Shown here piece by piece: positions 25,002 through 35,502 of a stretch of DNA of 38,181 nt. The DNA lies in assembly GCA_947472655.1 (NCBI GenBank), contig CANJCG010000002.1, positions 1 through 38,181 on the forward strand, given 5' to 3'. This DNA is from Actinomycetota bacterium (GTDB lineage: Bacteria > Actinomycetota > Actinomycetes > S36-B12). The notes below the pieces were generated by a model. The model saw nothing but the letters and a program-made list of their open reading frames with translations, did not search any database and had not been told where the DNA came from. The position numbers and the translations under genes are program-made. How positions within the stretch are numbered: position 1 is the stretch's first letter; each line of letters starts with the position of its first letter.

Positions 25002-27074
25002 ATGAGTTTCCTGACCAGAGCTATTGGGGCGTTGGGTCCAAATCGCACGCTCGCTGAACGGGTAGCGCTTTTTGCCGCTGCTGCTGCGGTGGGCCCATCC
25101 TTTGAACCAGGCCTTCAGCCCCGTAAGACACTTGATCAGGCGATAGCTACTGGTGTTATTTCTGCAACGACTCTCTCGCTGGTCACAGCTACGCAGAGTT
25201 CCATCGATGCGCTGGGTAGCAGTTTGATGCGTACTCGTGGTGTTGATCGCTCTAATGCGACCAGTGCAACGAAATTGCTCTTCAATGTTGGAACAAACAT
25301 AGCTGTAGCCGGTGTCACTGAAACGATTGCGAGACTTCTCCCAGCGCATGAAGATGAACAACTTCGCAGGGGGCTTGCGCGTGTAGCTGCTCAACGATCA
25401 TCGAAAGTTGCTTTAGCCGGTGCTGGTTTGAGCGCGATCATCGGTACCTTTGATTTGCTCACACAGAAGAGCCCAAGACTGCGTTGGGCGATGGGGGTCC
25501 CATTCGCGTTACCTGCGGGAATTGCGGCATCGGCGTTTGAAATTCATCGGGTGCATCAAAATGCGCAGAAATATAATGACACCACAATCTCGAAGGTTTC
25601 AACCCGTAATTCAGTTGGCATTGCGATCGGTGTTGGTGCCGGCGTTCTTGCACTACAAGCCGGTGAAAGAGCTTTGGCTTCTCAAGTCTCCAAGGCGCTC
25701 TTAAGAGTTGCTCCGGATTACGATGAAGTTGCAAACCCCATCGGTCACTTGGTAGCGCTAGGCCTTCTTGGTGGCGCGCTCACTGCCGGCTATGAATACG
25801 CGATTCGACGGGTAGAACAAGGCGGAGCCGCAGTTGAGCCCGCGTATGAGATCCCACCGACGAGTCGTTTTGTCTCTGGTGGTCCTGAAAGCCTTATTCC
25901 ATTTGAGACTCTTTCCCGAGAAGGTCGTCGTTTCACCAACATGGTGTTAACGCGCGATGAGATCGAAAATGTAATGGGTTTACCCGCTAAACAAGATCCC
26001 ATCCGACTTTTCGTTGGTCTGGATTCATCAAGTGTCATAGAAGAACGAGTTGAGCTCCTTATCGATGAGTTGGTTCGCACGAACGCCTTCGAGCGCGAAG
26101 TTTTATGTTTTGCATCACCGACTGGATCGGGCTACATCAACTACGTACTTGCCGAAGCGTTGGAGTACCTCACTCTAGGTGACAGCGCGATAGCGACGAT
26201 TCAATATTCGTTACTGCCTTCACCAATGTCGCTTAATCGCACGGGGCTTGCAGTCGAGCAAAACCGGGCAGTGATGTATGGCATCACTGGATACTTGCGA
26301 GGACTACCACCAGAAAGGCGACCAAAATTCGTATTGTTTGGTGAGAGCCTTGGCGCTCTTACGATGCAAGACATCTGGCAACATCGCACCGTTGAAGCGA
26401 TGGAACGCGATTTCATCCATTCTTCAATCTTCTTGGGCACACCATCAGCTACCGAGTTCGCTAAAGCTTGGCGGCTGGATCGAGAAAAGATGGATCCAGA
26501 GGGTTTGATGATTGAACTGGATAATTTTGGTCAATTCATGGACCTACCGGAAGCGCAGCGCAACAACCTGCGGCACCTGTTATTGAGTCACTATGACGAT
26601 CCAATTCCAAAATTTGGCACGAATCTCTTGCTGCGTCAGCCATGGTGGCTCGGCCCCATCGACGAACGACCGCAAGGCGTACCAAAATCTTCCAGGTGGC
26701 GCCCAGGCACAACATTTGTGTTAACGGGTGTAGATCTCATCAACGCTATGGAAGTTATTCCAGGGATCTTCGGGCGCCGAGGACATGATTATCGCGAAGA
26801 TATAGCCCGTTTTGTTTCAGAGATTTATGACCTCACGGTGACCGCTCCTCAGCTTGAAAAAATGGAAGCGGCGTTACGAAGTCGAGAACTAAAATGGGCA
26901 CAGCGTCGTGTGGTGACTGAACAAGTTGCACGCGCAAAGGAAGTTTTGACTCGTGAGATGAAATCTTGGATCCCAACGGATGATTCCGATATCAGCAGTG
27001 ATGACATTTGGAAGCAATTAGTTGCATCAGCACAAGCAGATATTGATGCGGGTGAGGCTGTGCAGCAGCCGTAG
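25002..27074 (+). CDS. membrane-anchored alpha/beta hydrolase (Abhydrolase_9-type, N-terminal multi-TM domain)
   Basis: 690 aa. The N-terminal ~270 aa contain several hydrophobic helices. The C-terminal domain has the nucleophile elbow FGESLGA (GxSxG). The overall layout recalls the PF15420+PF10081 family. Substrate unknown. Confidence 0.7.
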   Translation: MSFLTRAIGALGPNRTLAERVALFAAAAAVGPSFEPGLQPRKTLDQAIATGVISATTLSLVTATQSSIDALGSSLMRTRGVDRSNATSATKLLFNVGTNIAVAGVTETIARLLPAHEDEQLRRGLARVAAQRSSKVALAGAGLSAIIGTFDLLTQKSPRLRWAMGVPFALPAGIAASAFEIHRVHQNAQKYNDTTISKVSTRNSVGIAIGVGAGVLALQAGERALASQVSKALLRVAPDYDEVANPIGHLVALGLLGGALTAGYEYAIRRVEQGGAAVEPAYEIPPTSRFVSGGPESLIPFETLSREGRRFTNMVLTRDEIENVMGLPAKQDPIRLFVGLDSSSVIEERVELLIDELVRTNAFEREVLCFASPTGSGYINYVLAEALEYLTLGDSAIATIQYSLLPSPMSLNRTGLAVEQNRAVMYGITGYLRGLPPERRPKFVLFGESLGALTMQDIWQHRTVEAMERDFIHSSIFLGTPSATEFAKAWRLDREKMDPEGLMIELDNFGQFMDLPEAQRNNLRHLLLSHYDDPIPKFGTNLLLRQPWWLGPIDERPQGVPKSSRWRPGTTFVLTGVDLINAMEVIPGIFGRRGHDYREDIARFVSEIYDLTVTAPQLEKMEAALRSRELKWAQRRVVTEQVARAKEVLTREMKSWIPTDDSDISSDDIWKQLVASAQADIDAGEAVQQP

Positions 27075-27076
27075 GT

Positions 27077-27634
27077 TCACCAACTGATACTTTTTGAATC
27101 TTCTAAGACTCGCTCAACGTAGTTTTGTGTCTCTGGGTAAGGCGGAATTCCGTCGTAGCGGCGGACTGCTCCATATCCAGCGTTGTACGCGGCAAGCGTG
27201 TTCTTGAGTCGGTTTCCGCTGACGGACTTCACCAGCTTTCGGTTGTGGCAATTAAATAGGGCCGCAGAGGGAATGGCATCGTGCGGATCCCAAATATCAG
27301 TTTTCCCATCGCCGTTGGCATCGATCCCGGCTTGCGCCCAGACTGCTGGCATGAACTGGGCGATACCTTGCGCGCCGGCGCTACTTTGGGCTAATGGGTC
27401 CCAACTGCTCTCGGCTGCAATTTGAGCAGCAAGAATGTCAGCGGGGATAGCAGGGCACCGTTCAGCAGCACTGAGAACCAAGGCCCGATATTGGCTAGGA
27501 ACTTGAACTGGGCCGATCAACCCGTACTTCTTCGCAGCGTCTAAGGCCCAGGTTACGGCTGCTATCGAACAAATCACCACGACAGCAATCACGAGAAGGG
27601 AACGAAGTCGATGTGATGCGCGCACAAGTGCCAC
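27077..27634 (-). CDS. lytic transglycosylase (SLT domain) with N-terminal membrane anchor
   Basis: The SLT motif AESSWDPLAQSSAGAQGIAQFMPAVW contains the catalytic Glu. AYNAGYGAV is also present. The open frame runs to 27835, but that extension is antisense to the P-loop of the divergent GTPase gene. GTG at 27634 (or 27625) directly precedes the anchor RSLLVIAVVVICSIAAV. Confidence 0.8.
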   Translation of the reverse strand: MALVRASHRLRSLLVIAVVVICSIAAVTWALDAAKKYGLIGPVQVPSQYRALVLSAAERCPAIPADILAAQIAAESSWDPLAQSSAGAQGIAQFMPAVWAQAGIDANGDGKTDIWDPHDAIPSAALFNCHNRKLVKSVSGNRLKNTLAAYNAGYGAVRRYDGIPPYPETQNYVERVLEDSKSISW

Positions 27635-27674
27635 GGTAACCCGAAAGTTAGCGCTGGGCGCGTACGGTAGTCCT

Positions 27675-28859
27675 GTGGCGGACAAGGGCAAGGGCGAAGT
27701 CTCCGACTTTTCACGCCCACAAGTGGAATCCATGTTTGAGCAACGCCTCTCTGAAGCATTCGCAGCCCTTGGAATGTTCAATCTCCTGGTGGTGGGTAAA
27801 ACGGGAGTTGGAAAGTCGACTTTGGTCAACGCCATGTTCGGTAGCGACGTCGCTCAAACTGGAATTGGAGAGCCGGTTACCAAGGGGCTCACCCATTACG
27901 TGCTCCCAGACAGTTTCCTTGGCCTGTATGACGCCGAAGGATTTGAGACAGGTGTAGCAGGTGATGAAATTCTTGAAGGCCTGCGCTCACTTGTGTCTCT
28001 TAATTCCACAAAACCCGCGGAGCAACATATTCATGCCGTTTGGTATCTAGTGCGATGGTCGGATCGAAGGTTCGAACAGGCACAGATGAGTTTTGTGAAT
28101 ACGTTGATTGAGCTCAATTTGCCGGTCATCATCGTATTGACACAGGTACCAACAAAAGATGGCCAGATCCATCCCGATGCCCGTGAGTTCGCCGATTTCA
28201 TCGATGGTCTTGGGCTAGGCGTAGCTGGACCGGCAGTAATCACAAATGCGCTTGAAGATCAATTCTCAAGTTCCCCGGTATATGGACTTCAAGCATTACT
28301 CAACTCAACTTTTGCGATTGTTCCTCTCGTTGCAGAGAAAGCACTCACGGCAGCGCAAATCATTGACTTGGGACGTAAAAAAAAAGCCGTCGACGCAATA
28401 ATTAAACAAGCCTGCACATTTGCTGTTGGAGTGGGAGCGACCCCGATTCCATTTGCAGACGCAGCGCTTTTGATTCCAAACCAAATCACGATGATTGCTC
28501 GCATCACTGCTGCCTATGGGTTGCCGCCAAGTCGTTCTCGAGCTATGTCCGTGGCTGGCTCGATTGTGCTTACCGGCGGCGCCACGATGGCAGGGCGCTA
28601 TGCGGTAACTGGTTTGTTGAAGTTCATTCCAGGCGGAGCTATTGCGGGATCTGCCATTTCGGCGACTGTCGCAGGAACTTTGACGAAGGCAGTTGGGTTG
28701 GCCTGGTCGCAAGTCTGTGAACTTGCGCTAGGCCTAGATGAAAAGCAACGCGATCAGTTCTGGGCGAGCGGAAAAGTAGCTGAACAGTTCCTTGTTTTCT
28801 TTAAGCAGAATCCCGGCACGAGGACGTCGCTGATCAGGCGAGTGACAAAACGCGCATAG
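27675..28859 (+). CDS. GTPase-domain protein with C-terminal DUF697/YcjF-like hydrophobic domain
   Basis: 394 aa. G1 GKTGVGKST and G3 DAEG. G4 is degenerate (LTQVPTKDG rather than NKxD). The C-terminal half, ATPIPFADAALLIPNQITMIARITAAYG plus Gly/Ala-rich helices, is typical of DUF697. Start is GTG 27675 or ATG 27732. Confidence 0.75.
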   Translation: MADKGKGEVSDFSRPQVESMFEQRLSEAFAALGMFNLLVVGKTGVGKSTLVNAMFGSDVAQTGIGEPVTKGLTHYVLPDSFLGLYDAEGFETGVAGDEILEGLRSLVSLNSTKPAEQHIHAVWYLVRWSDRRFEQAQMSFVNTLIELNLPVIIVLTQVPTKDGQIHPDAREFADFIDGLGLGVAGPAVITNALEDQFSSSPVYGLQALLNSTFAIVPLVAEKALTAAQIIDLGRKKKAVDAIIKQACTFAVGVGATPIPFADAALLIPNQITMIARITAAYGLPPSRSRAMSVAGSIVLTGGATMAGRYAVTGLLKFIPGGAIAGSAISATVAGTLTKAVGLAWSQVCELALGLDEKQRDQFWASGKVAEQFLVFFKQNPGTRTSLIRRVTKRA

Positions 28860-28893
28860 TCTGATCAACTAAGAATTCACCGAAGGAGAAATC

Positions 28894-29808
28894 GTGCGAT
28901 CGCCGGAAGATATGTATGCCATCCACCAGATGCCTACATTTAACGATGCTGCGGTTTTGATCCATGCCTTCACTGGGTACGTAGATGCAGGTGGCGCGGT
29001 GCGCATGATGATTGACCACATTTTAGAAACCTGTGAGCATCATTTGATAGCCACGTATGAAGTTGACGAAGTGATGGACTTTCGTGCCCGTCGACCAATT
29101 CTCTCATATTCAGTCGATCACTTCACTGGTGTGGATATTCCAACTATTCAATTACACGAAGTTATCGATGCTGAGGGTACGAAGTTCTTGCTACTCGCTG
29201 GCCCGGAACCTGATTACCAGTGGATGCGATTTTTGCAGTCGGTGAGTGGGCTTAGCCATCGAATAGGGGTACGGCTCGCGGTTGCAGTGTCAGGAATTCC
29301 TTGGCCGGCACCGCATACACGGCCACTTGGCATCACGGTCCACGGGTCAGATCCTTCATTGGTTCAAGGCTTTCATTCACAGGTTGGCGATGTCGAAGTT
29401 CCGGGACATATGGGCGCCATGCTTGAGTTCCATCTTGCTCAAGAAGGTTTCGATTCGATGGGCATTACCGCTCAGGTGCCGCATTACCTTTCTCAATTCC
29501 AGTACCCACAAAGCGCACAGACCTTGTTAAACAGTCTGAGCATGATCACTGGATTGGCACTATCCGCTGATGGGCTCGACGCTGCGGCGAAGAAGGCTAC
29601 AGGTGAAATTGCAGAACAACTTCAAGGCAATGACGAATTCACGACTGTGGTCAACGCTCTGGAACATCAATACGATCAAACCCATGGGGCTACACAAATT
29701 GCACCACTCGTGGAGCCGGATCAGATGCCTTCAGGTGACGAACTTGCTGCGCAGTTCGAATCGTTCCTTCGAGATTTAGATGCAGAAGACGGTTCCAAAG
29801 AAAATTAG
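28894..29808 (+). CDS. PAC2-family protein (proteasome-assembly-chaperone-2-like fold)
   Basis: 304 aa. LIHAFTGYVDAGGA near the N-terminus and an acidic C-terminal tail, as in actinobacterial PAC2-family proteins. AAGGAG SD 5 nt before the GTG. Lies 34 nt after the GTPase gene. Confidence 0.7.
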   Translation: MRSPEDMYAIHQMPTFNDAAVLIHAFTGYVDAGGAVRMMIDHILETCEHHLIATYEVDEVMDFRARRPILSYSVDHFTGVDIPTIQLHEVIDAEGTKFLLLAGPEPDYQWMRFLQSVSGLSHRIGVRLAVAVSGIPWPAPHTRPLGITVHGSDPSLVQGFHSQVGDVEVPGHMGAMLEFHLAQEGFDSMGITAQVPHYLSQFQYPQSAQTLLNSLSMITGLALSADGLDAAAKKATGEIAEQLQGNDEFTTVVNALEHQYDQTHGATQIAPLVEPDQMPSGDELAAQFESFLRDLDAEDGSKEN

Positions 29809-29855
29809 GGTGCCCAGTTCATGATGGTCATTGAAAGAAAACGGATCAGGAAAAT

Positions 29856-32656
<2,801 letters not shown>

Positions 32657-32657
32657 G

Positions 32658-32674
32658 ACCGCAGATCGTGCGGT
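32658..32674. terminator. short GC hairpin between convergent tgt and yhhQ (possible U-tract-less terminator)
   Basis: ACCGCA-gatcg-TGCGGT: 6-bp stem, 5-nt loop, no flanking T-tract on either strand. Confidence 0.25.
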
Positions 32675-32685
32675 AGCAGTCCAGA

Positions 32686-33366
32686 TTAGGTGGCGGAGTC
32701 CAACTCATAAGTGGGTTCGCGACGCTTGATGTATGCAATTACCGGATAAGTGATCGGCAGCAAAACCACCTCAAGAAGTGTTTTGTAGACATAGCCAACA
32801 ATCACATAGTTTGCGAACTCAGCGCCGGTGATGATGCCATAAAATGCAATGGTGCAAAAAACTAAGGTGTCGGCAAGTTCTCCGACGACTGTTGAACCAA
32901 TCAATCTTGCCCAAAGGTGCTTTTCTTTGGTTCGCTCTTTGATCTTGATCAGCACGTAGGAATTAAGCAATTGGCCTATGAGATAACCACACACCGAGGC
33001 CAGCACTATGCGTGGCACAAAGCCGAGAACGGCTTCAAAGGCAGCCTGGTTTTCGTACCCATCTGCACTTGGTGAAATTTGCACTACCCAGAAGGTGATC
33101 GCGGAGAGAATCGCCATGGCAAACCCCAAGATGATGGCTCTGCGAGCGGCTTTCCAGCCGTAGACCTCGCTGAGCACATCACCGATGATGTAGGCGAGAG
33201 GAAAAAGGAAGGCTCCACCGTCAACGATGGCAGGTCCAAATGAAATGAGTTTGGTTGCTGCGATATTTGAAATGATCAAGATTCCGACAAATACCCCCAC
33301 GATGAGCGGGTAATAACTTTTCGTCACCGACGCAAAGTGGACTCGGTCTTGTGTAGACACTGTCAC
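32686..33366 (-). CDS. yhhQ: queuosine-precursor transporter (YhhQ/DUF165, VUT family)
   Basis: 226 aa, about 6 TM. FPLAYIIGDVLSEVYGWKAARR and GELADTLVF are typical of the YhhQ family. GTG start. Confidence 0.85.
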   Translation of the reverse strand: MTVSTQDRVHFASVTKSYYPLIVGVFVGILIISNIAATKLISFGPAIVDGGAFLFPLAYIIGDVLSEVYGWKAARRAIILGFAMAILSAITFWVVQISPSADGYENQAAFEAVLGFVPRIVLASVCGYLIGQLLNSYVLIKIKERTKEKHLWARLIGSTVVGELADTLVFCTIAFYGIITGAEFANYVIVGYVYKTLLEVVLLPITYPVIAYIKRREPTYELDSAT

Positions 33367-33387
33367 GATCCAGCCTTTCTTGATATT

Positions 33388-33463
33388 TGGTGCCCCCGGC
33401 AGGATTCGAACCTGCGACCTTCGGTACCGGAAACCGGCGCTCTATCCCCTGAGCTACGGAGGC
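33388..33463 (-). tRNA. tRNA-Arg (anticodon CCG)
   Basis: Folded by hand from the reverse complement: GCCTCCG-TA-GCTC-AGGGGATA-GAGC-G-CCGGT-TTCCGGT-ACCGA-AGGTC-GCAGG-TTCGAAT-CCTGC-CGGGGGC-A-CCA. Total 76 nt with an encoded CCA, T33, anticodon CCG and G37. The acceptor stem has one T-G pair, and positions 27-43 are a C-A mismatch. Confidence 0.9.
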
Positions 33464-33512
33464 AAACGTGTGTCAGGTTAGCAGCGAAGGCAGTTCCTGA
33501 GACCATAGGCAG

Positions 33513-34367
33513 GTGCGCACTCAACTTGTCGCTGTCGCAAAGCCAGCTAAATCTATTTTTGCTGCGTACGGCAGTCACCGAGGTTCGTTGGCAGCGGGAG
33601 GCATGGCGTATTTCGTTTTACTTGCCATAGCTCCTGCTGCAGTTGCTATTGGTGCCCTAACGGGGAAATTGATTGGTCCAGCGAACGCACGATCGGCAAT
33701 CGAAGCCATGCTTGAGCAAATCCCAGGCGATAGCCAAGAATTCAAATCTTCAATCGACTCGATTCTTAACGTTATGACGAGCGCTTCTACTGGGGTCGTG
33801 ACCCTGGCATCAATCTTGAGTTTTTTCGTCGCTATCTATGCCTCGTCGAAAGCGATGATGGCCTTACGGCTGGCCTTGGATGCAGCCTTTGACTTTGAAG
33901 GCGTACGGCATGGATTAGTGGTGCGGGTACGAGACGCGATTTTTACTCTTGTGGGGTTGCTTCTGGCTTCCACCATCGTATTGATCCTGACTCTGCTGCC
34001 TCAGATTTTGCAACTCTTTGGCGTGACGAATTTCCGCTTGAGTACGGGCCTTGGTTGGGCTGATTGGTTGATCTTCACAGCCATGGTGTGGGGGCTGGTA
34101 CTCGGGCTTTATCGGTGGGTGCCAAGTAACAAGTGTTCGATGACCTGGAAGTCACCTGTCGCCTTAGCTGTCACAATTTGGTTGCTTGGGGCAAGCGCAG
34201 GCGTAGGAATTTATGTCAGTGTTTCATCGACAATTGGTTCTGCAATTGCTGCCTTTGGCGCACCAATGATCGTTTTGCTCTGGCTCTACTTTTCATTCAT
34301 TGGATTGCTATTGGGCGCCGAGGTGCAGTCGTATGTCAATGCGATAGGGGAGAAAAAGAATGGCTAA
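33513..34367 (+). CDS. YihY/BrkB-family (virulence factor BrkB / former RNase BN) membrane protein
   Basis: 284 aa, about 6 TM. N-terminal GSLAAGGMAYFVLLAIAPA signature. Its 3' end overlaps ppk2 by 8 nt. Confidence 0.8.
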   Translation: MRTQLVAVAKPAKSIFAAYGSHRGSLAAGGMAYFVLLAIAPAAVAIGALTGKLIGPANARSAIEAMLEQIPGDSQEFKSSIDSILNVMTSASTGVVTLASILSFFVAIYASSKAMMALRLALDAAFDFEGVRHGLVVRVRDAIFTLVGLLLASTIVLILTLLPQILQLFGVTNFRLSTGLGWADWLIFTAMVWGLVLGLYRWVPSNKCSMTWKSPVALAVTIWLLGASAGVGIYVSVSSTIGSAIAAFGAPMIVLLWLYFSFIGLLLGAEVQSYVNAIGEKKNG

Positions 34368-35274
34368 CAAAAATAAGAGCGAAGAACTTTTCTCAAAAGC
34401 CAGGTGGGAAAATAATGTTGAAAACTTCATGGTTACTCCAGGTTCAAAAGTTAATTTAGACAAGGATTTCAACCCATCAACAACTCCAAACGACTTTACG
34501 AAAGAAAGTAGCATCCCAGTGCTGCAGCAAGTCATTGACGAAATGACGGTGCTGCAAGACCGCTTTTATGCTGAAAGTTCGCGTGCGCTGCTCATCGTGT
34601 TCCAGGCGACAGATGCAGCTGGTAAAGATGGCACCATTAAGCACGTTATGAGCGGGTTAAATCCCGAAGGTGTGGAAGTGCATTCTTTCAAAGCTCCATC
34701 TCACCTTGAAATGGCACATGACTTTCTATGGCGTCATCAATTGGTGCTCCCAGAACTAGGTCAGATTGCGATCTTTAATCGTTCTCACTACGAAAATGTC
34801 CTTGTCACTAAAGTTCATCCCGAACTTATCTGGCCAACTGCTGATCGAAGTGTGCCTCGGGAAAAATTATGGAGGCGCAGATATGAGGCGATTAACAATT
34901 GGGAACGTCACTTAACCGATAGTGGCACTGTAATTGTCAAGATTTTCTTAAATCTCTCAAAGGATGTCCAGCGTGCGCGGTTTTTGAAGCGAATCGATGA
35001 ACCAGAAAAGAACTGGAAATTTTCGCCCGCTGATTTACACGAGCGGGAGCACTGGGATGAATACCGCAGTGCTTTCTCAGACATGCTGAGTCAGACCAGC
35101 ACAAGCCGAGCTCCTTGGTACGTCGTGCCAGCAGACCACAAATGGGCAACCCGATTGATTACCAGTGGCATCATCTTGCACGCGCTCCAAGAAATCGATC
35201 CGCATTACCCACATATGGATGAAAAGACTCGGGAAGAGCTTGTCGCGGCTCGAGCGCACCTTATTGGTGAGTAG
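34360..35274 (+). CDS. ppk2: polyphosphate kinase 2 family (polyphosphate:nucleotide phosphotransferase)
   Basis: 304 aa. Walker-A-like FQATDAAGKDGTIKHV, FNRSHYE, the lid region and PWYVVPADHKW. Single PPK2 domain. Confidence 0.88.
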   Translation: MANKNKSEELFSKARWENNVENFMVTPGSKVNLDKDFNPSTTPNDFTKESSIPVLQQVIDEMTVLQDRFYAESSRALLIVFQATDAAGKDGTIKHVMSGLNPEGVEVHSFKAPSHLEMAHDFLWRHQLVLPELGQIAIFNRSHYENVLVTKVHPELIWPTADRSVPREKLWRRRYEAINNWERHLTDSGTVIVKIFLNLSKDVQRARFLKRIDEPEKNWKFSPADLHEREHWDEYRSAFSDMLSQTSTSRAPWYVVPADHKWATRLITSGIILHALQEIDPHYPHMDEKTREELVAARAHLIGE

Positions 35275-35382
35275 GCAGGGCCGGGAAAGATATCCACAGT
35301 GTCGGATTTCTGGCTTGGCAACAGTCCAAGGCTCCTGCAGGATGACGAAAGACTCGAATCGGGGGATGAGGGTCGCTGTGAA

Positions 35383-35413
35383 GCCGGGCTCGATCAGAGA
35401 GAGTCCGGCTTTA
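35383..35413 (+). terminator. hairpin plus short T-run downstream of ppk2 (weak intrinsic terminator candidate)
   Basis: GCCGGGCTC-gatcagaga-GAGTCCGGC: 9-bp stem with one G-T pair, followed by TTTA. Lies 109 nt after the ppk2 stop and 90 nt before the argS start. Confidence 0.3.
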
Positions 35414-35502
35414 CTGAGAAAGTTCACGAATTACCCGAATTTTTCATGGGTAGCGGTTAGGGACCAGTCAGCGCCCAAGCATGATGTCGATACGCTCGCG
35501 CA

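Noticed and set aside
27635-27835. N-terminal extension of the SLT ORF (MALTKVDFPTPVLPTT...)
   Set aside because: It is the reverse complement of the P-loop region of the divergent GTPase gene. A GTG directly precedes a proper membrane anchor at 27634/27625.
33337-33630. 97-aa plus-strand ORF and 71-aa minus-strand ORF spanning the tRNA-Arg locus
   Set aside because: They read straight through a well-folding tRNA gene and the yihY start region, so they are spurious.
33388-35274. tRNA-Arg as an integration site for a genomic island (lower-GC yhhQ/tgt on one side, ppk2 on the other)
   Set aside because: I could not find an integrase, a direct repeat of the tRNA 3' end, or any mobile genes. 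The flanking genes are ordinary housekeeping or salvage functions.
35275-35502. T-box or other riboswitch upstream of argS
   Set aside because: I could not find the conserved T-box sequence (AGGGTGGNACCGCG-like) or a specifier-loop architecture. TTAGGGACCAG is only a superficial resemblance. An Infernal scan would be the decisive test.
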